Below, one piece after another: positions 25,398 to 32,000 of a DNA stretch of 32,000 nucleotides. This DNA comes from Candidatus Scalindua sp. Its GTDB lineage: Bacteria; Planctomycetota; Brocadiia; Brocadiales; Scalinduaceae. The translations under genes were made by a program, and so were the position numbers. The stretch lies in contig JALDRA010000001.1 of NCBI GenBank assembly GCA_031316235.1, forward strand, positions 1,110,001 through 1,142,000, given 5' to 3'. The notes under the pieces were generated by a model. It searched no databases. It was not told where the DNA came from and was given only the letters and a program-made list of their open reading frames with translations. Each line of letters starts with the position of its first letter. Position 1 is the stretch's first letter.

Positions 25398-26816
25398 TTA
25401 TTTAACAATTCGAAGACTTCTCTTAAATTTTTTATTTTTAATTCTTTCCTGGTCGTCCCTTTTGTATTTTTCGATAACTTTATCGTAAGTACCGTTATAT
25501 TTCGCGCATCTGATCTTGAGTATGTTATTAGCGTTTTGGATATACCACCAAGCTCCTGATCGTTTAAGCCTTGTATGGCTAATGAATTTATTGGCGCTTT
25601 CAATAGCACCGCTGCCAATGTGATATCCTCCACGCTTGGCGGAACTGTAATCCATCTTTTCACAATGATTTGTGAGATAGGTATAAAACTTGTCAATTTT
25701 ATCTTGAATATCTTGAGTTCGGGCTTTCATCTTTCCAAGACCGCCAAGCACCTCTTCATGGTAACCATAATATATTCTTGTCAGAGTCGCCTCACACCAC
25801 TGTAGAGACTCTCTTGTCTCTTTTCCGTAATGGGCATTGGCTACACCATGGACATACTCCGAGCAATGGTAATAGTCGAGAATCTCTTTTGCCGAGGGAA
25901 ATATTTCTTTACATCGGTTCCAGATCCAGGGAGCACCGTCTCCTATAATTCCCAGGCGTATCTTCTCGTGGGGAATAAGCCCGGCTTCTTTGATCTTAAC
26001 CAAGTATTCTGCTAATTCGTGATCTGCACAAACCTGGTGCCAGCTAATTAAATGAATAATAGTTTGACCATCGATGAGATACAGTCTAAAACCTTTAATC
26101 TCTTTGTATTCTCCCTTGCCTCTTTTCCCTTTACGGGGGTGAGGACTTGGCTCGGGACGCATCGGCCCGTGGGCTCCATCCAGGGCAAGCATCATAATGG
26201 GACGACGAAACTTATCCACTGAGAGGTTTTCTATCTGCTTATCAATCTCTTCCCTGGGCGGGCAGACATCCAAAATTCCCACTTCTTGACCAATGGCATT
26301 CGTGGTCTCATGCATATGATGTTCACTCAGCTTTACTCCGGTTATTCTCTCGTAGGTTTCGCTGGCCGTCTCATAGGCCGTTTCGCTTGACAACCAGGCT
26401 TCCACATCTTGCACATCATATTGCTTCGATGATTCAGACAATCCAAGGGCTTCGTCTAAAGGATAGTATCCTAAACGACACGCTCTGCAATAAAAATAAG
26501 GCCTGGTTAATTCAAATTGTCCGGCAAGGGTTTGGATAGTCTTGGATTGTTTTCCTTGTCTTTGCATACCCTTGCCGCATTCGGGGCAATCGCAGCTTTG
26601 CTGATTCAATAAATGTCCAAATTTCCTCTCTATGAACCCAAGAATCAGTTGTCCTAATATCTCCGCTCTCTCTTCGAAAACAGCTTTTGAGATTTCTCCT
26701 AAATCTTCCATTGAGTACTCTTCCTCAATCTTATCCAATCGGGTGTCTAAAAAACCATAAAATAAAGCTCTCCAGTTATCGGATGACTCTATCTTTCTTT
26801 TCACCACACAAGTCAA
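25398..26816 (-). CDS. DDE transposase, identical to 6193-7611
   Basis: The 472-aa translation is identical. Confidence 0.85.
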   Translation of the reverse strand: MTCVVKRKIESSDNWRALFYGFLDTRLDKIEEEYSMEDLGEISKAVFEERAEILGQLILGFIERKFGHLLNQQSCDCPECGKGMQRQGKQSKTIQTLAGQFELTRPYFYCRACRLGYYPLDEALGLSESSKQYDVQDVEAWLSSETAYETASETYERITGVKLSEHHMHETTNAIGQEVGILDVCPPREEIDKQIENLSVDKFRRPIMMLALDGAHGPMRPEPSPHPRKGKRGKGEYKEIKGFRLYLIDGQTIIHLISWHQVCADHELAEYLVKIKEAGLIPHEKIRLGIIGDGAPWIWNRCKEIFPSAKEILDYYHCSEYVHGVANAHYGKETRESLQWCEATLTRIYYGYHEEVLGGLGKMKARTQDIQDKIDKFYTYLTNHCEKMDYSSAKRGGYHIGSGAIESANKFISHTRLKRSGAWWYIQNANNILKIRCAKYNGTYDKVIEKYKRDDQERIKNKKFKRSLRIVK

Positions 26817-26839
26817 AAATACCCCCTTTCAAAAGACTT

Positions 26840-27505
26840 CTATCGCTCCCTGAATACATCTATGGCGAATAGTAACGCCTGACGTTCTAATACAGGCATG
26901 GATTTAAGTTTCGCTGTCCACCTTTTGGTCTTCCTCTTTATCCGTTCCCGCTCACGAAAGTTATTGCCAAGATAACGATAGTCGTGCAGTCCTACCGGAA
27001 CACTATAGTTCATCCATAACCACTCCGTTGCTACGCCATGATGACAGACGGCCTGAAAAGAATGTGTCTGCCAGCTACGCAATGATTCTTTGTATAAGGT
27101 TGACTCGTAACCGGATATCATCACCATGCAGGGAAGAGTTTTCAAAACTTCCAAAAGTTCGATGTGCTGCGCACGGCTATAGTCATATTTATATAGCCGT
27201 CCATACTTTTTCCTTGTCTCGCGAAGATATGGTGGGTCACAATATACCAGTTCTTTTCCTGTGAAATGATAATTATTCAGATAATTAATTGCGTCATCAT
27301 GGACCAGTTCAAAACCTATTGGATGCATATTTGTCCACATCTCAACAACTTCCGAGTCAATTTCTATCCCAAAATTACTCCTGGCAGGTCGTTTGTTCCG
27401 TATAACAGCGCCACCACCCAAATGAGTCTCTATGTAGACATCATGGGGTGGCATAAGATTGATTAACTTTTGGAATACACCTCCTTTGCCGCCTGGATAA
27501 TTCAT
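26840..27505 (-). CDS. Dam-like N6-adenine DNA methyltransferase, identical to 7635-8300
   Basis: The 221-aa translation is identical. Confidence 0.78.
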   Translation of the reverse strand: MNYPGGKGGVFQKLINLMPPHDVYIETHLGGGAVIRNKRPARSNFGIEIDSEVVEMWTNMHPIGFELVHDDAINYLNNYHFTGKELVYCDPPYLRETRKKYGRLYKYDYSRAQHIELLEVLKTLPCMVMISGYESTLYKESLRSWQTHSFQAVCHHGVATEWLWMNYSVPVGLHDYRYLGNNFRERERIKRKTKRWTAKLKSMPVLERQALLFAIDVFRER

Positions 27506-27580
27506 GGAAGAATTATCGTTGAAAACAACGAGGAAGTCAAGATCTTTTATTATATTTTACAAAAAATCGGGAATGCTCCC

Positions 27581-28187
27581 CATCCATATCATCATCAGGG
27601 TAGGGCCTTAACATCGCCATGAGCGCGTCACTATTCAGCTCAGGAGAACCCACCCCCAGCCATGCATCTTCACACTCCTGCCGCAGGATTACGGGCATCC
27701 TGTCATGAATGGGCCGCAGGGTCATATTGGATTCGGTTGTAATGATGGTGAATGTCTTGAGTTCACTCCCTTCACCATCTCTCCAGATATCATAGAGCCC
27801 TGCGAAGGAGAAGATCTCCCTATTTTTCAGTTTGATATAGTGAGGGAGTTTACTTTTCGCAACCCTCTTCCACTCATAGAAACCTGAACTCGGTACTAAA
27901 CATCTCTTCGACTTAAGGATATGTCTGAATGAGGGTTTTGTGTCCAGTGTCTCTGCCCGTGCATTAATCATCCGGTTTCCTATCTTGGGATCCTTTGCCC
28001 AGAAAGGCACCAGCCCCCACCTCATCATCTCCAGCACACGTCCTTTTTCCCTGTTAAGATATATTACAGGCGTATGTTGTGATGGTGCAATATTATAGCG
28101 CGGTCCGATCGTGAGATCCTCAGAAATGAGCACCCTGTATTGAGAAAAAACAGCATCGATGTCTGTAAGCGCAAATCTTCCACACAT
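27581..28187 (-). pseudogene. SOS response-associated peptidase (SRAP/YedK family), 3'-truncated by IS copy 2
   Basis: MCGRFALTD... The catalytic Cys must be residue 2, so the ATG at 28187 is the real start rather than the TTG at 28193. The ORF reads into the IS after ...PYPDDDMD. The reconstructed gene is 229 aa. Confidence 0.85.
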
Positions 28188-28193
28188 GGTCAA

Positions 28194-28313
28194 GTTAAAC
28201 GAAAACTACCCACCTACTGCGTTGCTGTAATCATTTCGTAATCCTCACGTACTTGAGTACGCTCCGGTTCCGAAATGATTACGCGCCTTGTATCTGGGCA
28301 GTTTTAGTTCAAC
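28194..28313. repeat. Family E palindromic element, copy 3
   Basis: gttaaacgaaaactaccca ... tgggcagttttagttcaac are complementary arms with the inner stem gtaatcatttcg/cgaaatgattac. It begins 7 nt upstream of the SRAP ATG. Confidence 0.65.
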
Positions 28314-28894
28314 TTCAGACTTCCTGACCTCACGGATTTAGCTTGATACCAAAAAAACATTTCTTAATCTTAATCGTAATCAAAAAAAAGGGAATTAAAA
28401 GTAAGATTAAGATTACGAGTAAGAATTTGATATCAAGTTATAATCCGGTAAGGATTAATGAAAAATTCCGCAATCAGAACGCTTCTCCTGAACAAATAAT
28501 ATATTATGTATTTATGGCAAATATACGGGGTCAGGAGTTCTGAATTTGAGGTTTCCGTTAAGCAATTAAATTACCTGGGTACGCACTTGACTCCCGTTGT
28601 CACTCTATATTGTGATTCAGGATTAACCGGCCAGGATTATCTTTCTTAAGCTTCGACTTTTGGAATGCAGGTTTTATTAATTGCAAAATCCGTTCTGATT
28701 TTCTGTCATCTCTCTTTATGGCTCTGTGCCCGCCCGGCCATCAGACTATTCTGACGAGTGCTGGGAGTAGAAGTATGACGACAATTGAAATATACTAAAA
28801 ATCTTCCTTAACGCAGAGGCGCGGAGGTCGCAGAGATTATGCCGCAAGGCTTATATCAAGCTGCGCTTATGTCAAACTGCGTTTGAGGGGAAAC

Positions 28895-29259
28895 TTACTG
28901 TAATTTATTGACTACCCGGAAAATCCCTTCTCGTAATACCTCAACATGAAAATTGATTATTAAACCTAAATTTTTATCACCAAGTCGTAAATATGTCAAC
29001 AGTTTCGGTTTGTCTATCGTTGATAATTCCTCTTTAGCTTTCAAATCTACTATTACCTTATCTTCTACTAATAAGTCTAAGCGAAGATCTGTGCCGAGTT
29101 TGATTCCTTTATAAGGAATTGGTACACTCTGTTGTCTTTTAAATTGCACTCCTCTCAGGTGTAACTCATGGCAAAGCGCATCTTCATAGACAGATTCCAA
29201 AAGTCCCGGTCCTAAAATACGATGTACTTCTATTGCGGAGCCTATTATCTTCTCTGATA
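28895..29259 (-). CDS. GxxExxY protein (PD-(D/E)XK-like family); native start separated by a MITE
   Basis: ...EKIIGSAIEVHRILGPGLLESVYEDALCHEL... contains the GxxExxY signature. The native start MHENE (ATG at 29385) is cut off by the 110-bp insertion, which shifts the frame. The listed ORF start at 29299 is a TTG inside the MITE. Confidence 0.7.
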
Positions 29260-29367
29260 TACTAAAACCGATTTGGTTTTCGGTTTTACCGGAAACCAAA
29301 TCTTGGTGAAGGTATACTCGCTCAATTTTATCTCGGATTTTATCCGAAAACCATTATGAGATGAGTA
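29260..29367 (-). mobile_element. MITE family A, copy 5 (inverted), inserted in the 5' end of the GxxExxY gene
   Basis: tactaaaaccgatttggttttcgg...ccattatgagatgagta flanked by ta (29258-29259) and ta (29368-29369). The empty allele of the same site is at 25166-25178. Confidence 0.8.
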
Positions 29368-29532
29368 TATCTCGTTTTCATGCATAACGAACAACGTCTT
29401 TCCTATTTCACATCAGTCTTTACAACCCTCTCTGCGACCTCTGCGCCTCTGCGTTAAAAGAAAAGACTAAAATTCTTAATTTACAGAGGTTCAAAGAGGT
29501 TAAGGACCTTTCGGACAGGCAGACCGGCCTAT

Positions 29533-30126
29533 TCAATACTTTCTAAAAAGCCCGACGACAACACCCAGAATAGTGACCTCACCGGATTTGACCCTGAGCG
29601 GCTCCATCAGGGGATTTGAAGATCTGAACTCAACTCCCTCCTCCCTCTTATAAAACCTTTTCAAGGTCGCCTCATTATCTATCAAGGCAGCAACCATCTC
29701 ACCGTTATCAGCCACCGCCCGCTTATTGATAATGACAATGTCTCCGTCAAAGATGCCGTCCCCTATCATGGATTCTCCCTTCACCTTCAGGCAGAAGTTT
29801 TCGCCCCTCCTCAGAAGTTCCTGAGGCACTGAAATAGTTTCATCATTCTCAACAGCCTCAATCGGTTGACCGGCAGCAATGGTACCCAACAGTTTAATAT
29901 TGACAGTCGGAGTCCCCTCCTCAACAATGGTAATGGCCCGGGCCCTATTTGGCTGAACGGTGATTGCCCCTTTCTCTTCCAGCTGCTTAATATGCTTAAA
30001 TACGGCATTAAACGAACTGAATCCGAATCGTTTCCGTATCTCGTCATAGGTCGGCGCCACCTTGTTCTTTTTTATGTATCTTTCTATATAGATAAAAATA
30101 TCTTTTTGTCGTGGTGTTAAATGCAT
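29533..30126 (-). CDS. lexA: LexA repressor
   Basis: N-terminal wHTH LTPRQKDIFIYIERYIKKNKVAPTYDEIRKRFGFSS, cleavage site AAG (GTIAAGQPIEA), and S24 Ser/Lys context VKGESMIGDGIFDGDIVII ... ATLKRF. Confidence 0.92.
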   Translation of the reverse strand: MHLTPRQKDIFIYIERYIKKNKVAPTYDEIRKRFGFSSFNAVFKHIKQLEEKGAITVQPNRARAITIVEEGTPTVNIKLLGTIAAGQPIEAVENDETISVPQELLRRGENFCLKVKGESMIGDGIFDGDIVIINKRAVADNGEMVAALIDNEATLKRFYKREEGVEFRSSNPLMEPLRVKSGEVTILGVVVGLFRKY

Positions 30127-30214
30127 GGTCTGGCATGTGCGGCTAAACTGTGCAACTCAATTTATGTAACATTTTAAATCTTTTTCAGAAATTCTATTTT
30201 GGAAGCGTTCAAAA

Positions 30215-30430
30215 GGTTCAGAGTTCACCGTTCTGGGTTACCTTTCTTTCGTTGACCATCCCTGCCAGAACTTCCTTTTCTGACTGGTGAACGGCCTTGA
30301 TGGCCGACCAGGATTGTAGGACAGCCAACACTTTCAAAACTTACGAATGAACGGTTTAGACCAGATCAACGGATAGCAGGCTTTCGACGAACCCGGAACC
30401 TTACAACACTGAACGGCTGCACCGTTTTTT
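30215..30430 (+). ncRNA. Candidate structured sRNA (rod-like fold, 6S-like in shape only)
   Basis: A noncoding GC-rich island in an AT-rich spacer. 5' gttcagagttcaccgttctgggtt pairs with 3' aacccggaaccttacaacactgaac. Inner pair cgttga/tcaacg. Apical hairpin cuggu-gaac-ggcc-uugau-ggcc-g-accag. It ends aacggctgcaccgtttttt. Strand and identity are uncertain. Confidence 0.3.
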
Positions 30431-30643
30431 AATGTATAGGTGAAAATAAGGTGAAAGTCAAGTTATTTCTAAAAATTTTAAATTTCACTTGAAAATTGCT
30501 TTAAAGTAATATAAACCATGACTATGATATTGGAAATATAATGTTACGCCATTAACAATGTTGACCCAAGAGATGTTGATGATTCTGTCTGTCAAAAAGA
30601 AAGGGAAACATTAAAACGTTCAGGAGAAAAATTCAATAAATTT

Positions 30644-30865
30644 ATGAAAATGAAACGAGACAAAGAAGTAGAAATTCCTTATAAAATTAGAAATGAAAGG
30701 TATAATGCGTTTTTAGAGGAGTATAGTTCTTATACTGAAGAGATATTAGAAGAACTACATAAAACACATTGTCAAACAAAATGGGGAAGTTCAGACTCTT
30801 CTGAATATATGGCAATAGCACAACAATTGGCGAAAAAGAGAAGACAACGGCTACTTTCTCAATAA
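30644..30865 (+). CDS. Hypothetical protein (73 aa)
   Basis: Open frame with aggag upstream. The protein is charged and helical, with no recognisable motif. Confidence 0.35.
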   Translation: MKMKRDKEVEIPYKIRNERYNAFLEEYSSYTEEILEELHKTHCQTKWGSSDSSEYMAIAQQLAKKRRQRLLSQ

Positions 30866-31051
30866 ATTCTGTTAAAAGAATAGGGAAATGCTAAATATCA
30901 TAAACCGTAGTATCAAGCGCATGAAGCCAACCACCAATAACTATAAGGTTTAATATTTATTGAAGCTGCCGCTCCAAGCTTCTCTTGTAAACATTACACT
31001 CAGGTGGTGGTTGCTTATGTTCAAACGTTAGGCGGTGCAAGGGAAAACATT

Positions 31052-32000
31052 ATGGAATCTGCCATTTCAGCAGACCGTCTCAGGTTTCTCATCAATCGTT
31101 TGCGTAAGCGCCTTTGGGTGAAACCATTGGCGGTTTGCTTGTTGTCGGTCGGCGCGGCCTTCGTGGCGAAACTTGCTGATGACACCGCGCTAGCACAGTT
31201 CGTGCCTAAGATCGCACTTGACTCTATCGAGACGTTGCTGTCCGTCATGGCGGCCAGTATGTTGGTAATCGCCACCTTTTCGGTGGCGTCGATGGTGTCG
31301 GCATATGCTTCAGCTAGTAGTACCGCTACTCCGCGTTCATTTGGTTTGGTCGTTGCCGACGACGTATCCCAGAACGCGCTTTCGACTTTCGTTGGCGCTT
31401 TCATTTTCAGCATCGTGGCTCTAACGGCGGTTAAAAACGCCTACTTTGAAAAGGCAGGTCTGTTCATCCTCTTTATCCTGACGACGATAGTATTCGGGAT
31501 GGTAATCTTTACGTTTGTGCGCTGGGTTGACAGCATCGCCCGCCTTGGGCGCCTTGGATCGACGATTGACAAGGTTGAAAAGGCAACGGTTGAAGCCCTG
31601 AAACGACGACGTGCTGCGCCAAGCCTATATGGTATGCCGGAGGATAAATCTCGGGTACGGGGGCAACCAGTATTTGCAAAGAATATTGGATACGTGCAGC
31701 ATATCGACATGGCCGCAATTCAAGTGTGGGCCGAGGAAGCCAGCGCACGGGTGGTGGTAGCGGCATTGCCTGGTACGTTTGCTGCACCTGATCGGGTACT
31801 GGCGTATGTGAGCAGCTCATCAGGCAACCGGTCTGAAATTGACTACACGTGCGCTGTCGAGTCGTTTCAGATTGGAAACGAACGTCTTTTCGATGATGAC
31901 CCACGTTTTGGTCTGGTCGTTCTATCGGAAATAGCCGGTCGTGCTCTGTCACCGGCTGTAAATGACCCCGGTACGGCGATCAATATTATCGGCGTACTGC
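31052..32000 (+). CDS. DUF2254 family membrane protein, 3' end outside the window (missing from the ORF track)
   Basis: My own translation from the ATG at 31052 is open to the window end: MESAISADRLRFLINRLRKRLWVKPLAVCLLSVGAAF ... NERLFDDDPRFGLVVLSEIAGRALSPAVNDPGTAINIIGVL. It contains several TM helices and the DPRFGL..LSEIA.RALSP..NDPGTAI signature I associate with DUF2254. The minus-strand ORFs listed here are shadows. Confidence 0.75.
   Translation, partial: MESAISADRLRFLINRLRKRLWVKPLAVCLLSVGAAFVAKLADDTALAQFVPKIALDSIETLLSVMAASMLVIATFSVASMVSAYASASSTATPRSFGLVVADDVSQNALSTFVGAFIFSIVALTAVKNAYFEKAGLFILFILTTIVFGMVIFTFVRWVDSIARLGRLGSTIDKVEKATVEALKRRRAAPSLYGMPEDKSRVRGQPVFAKNIGYVQHIDMAAIQVWAEEASARVVVAALPGTFAAPDRVLAYVSSSSGNRSEIDYTCAVESFQIGNERLFDDDPRFGLVVLSEIAGRALSPAVNDPGTAINIIGVL

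Larger units (their letters stand above)
25371..27580 (-). mobile_element. Insertion sequence with Dam-like passenger, copy 2
   Basis: No differences from 6166-8375 were seen by eye, and all ORF translations are identical. The 9-bp TSD catccatat lies at 25362-25370 and 27581-27589. Confidence 0.93.
28808..29457 (-). mobile_element. IR-bounded cassette carrying a GxxExxY gene
   Basis: The 29-bp terminal IR ttaacgcagaggcgcggaggtcgcagaga (28808-28836) matches the reverse complement of 29429-29457 with 1 mismatch. The same ends bracket the deleted copy at 24984-25257. Confidence 0.6.

Noticed and set aside
28343-28543. 66-aa ORF in the spacer between element E and the GxxExxY cassette
   Set aside because: It is AT-rich and low-complexity (Lys/Ile runs). 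It overlaps an 11-bp AT-rich hairpin (taatcttaatc / gattaagatta) and has no RBS.
30127-30214. Canonical LexA boxes (CTGT-N8-ACAG, GAAC-N4-GTTC) upstream of lexA
   Set aside because: Only partial resemblances were found (ctgtgcaactcaattt; the gttc triplet further upstream). Nothing is shared convincingly with the umuD upstream region.
31021-31952. Minus-strand ORFs 31021-31413, 31441-31710 and 31509-31952
   Set aside because: They are low-complexity Ala/Arg/Pro-rich shadows of the + strand DUF2254-like gene, whose translation is open to the window end and has recognisable TM helices and a family signature.
1-32000. tRNA, rRNA or tmRNA genes as possible integration targets
   Set aside because: No cloverleaf-compatible segment or rRNA-like conserved block was recognised by eye. 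This is a weak negative and should be confirmed with tRNAscan-SE or Infernal.

Overview
Bacterial chromosomal window; the taxon cannot be determined from sequence alone. It is AT-rich overall with sharply GC-richer patches, and reads as an accessory defence-and-repair mosaic saturated with small mobile repeats.

Left third: a 5'-truncated Fic gene, a GIY-YIG gene, and a type I R-M hsdM-hsdS pair with no hsdR in the window. These are followed by a membrane/helical-repeat gene split by an IS. Two orphan hsdS 3'-end remnants come next, each preceding a different cargo: a DUF433/DUF5615 TA-like pair broken by a MITE, and a RAYT/IS200-like Y1 transposase. A decayed MNT/HEPN pair closes this part.

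Middle: a SEC-C-motif protein, YaeQ, Tag glycosylase, SerB, and an HTH-Panacea(DUF4065) antitoxin with a RelE/ParE-like toxin. A 989-aa DUF4062(TIR-like)-NACHT-FGE/SUMF1 STAND NTPase sits in a GC-rich patch.

Right third: an SOS module, lexA ... SRAP - umuD - umuC. The SRAP gene is cut 30 codons from its end by the second, identical copy of the same IS. That IS is 2,210 bp with 27-bp imperfect IRs and 9-bp target duplications at both sites. It carries a Dam-like N6-adenine methyltransferase as a passenger upstream of its DDE transposase.

At least five families of short repeats/MITEs occur, and several filled-versus-empty site pairs lie inside the window. These include a TA-duplicating 80-124-bp MITE, a 168-bp MITE nested inside another MITE, and in-frame hairpin repeats inside hsdM. 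There are also 29-bp-IR cassettes carrying GxxExxY genes in near-intact, internally deleted and empty forms.

A ~215-nt GC-rich, rod-like foldable intergenic segment next to lexA is a candidate sRNA. The window ends in a 3'-truncated DUF2254 membrane-protein gene on the + strand that the ORF track missed. No rRNA, tRNA or CRISPR array was seen.
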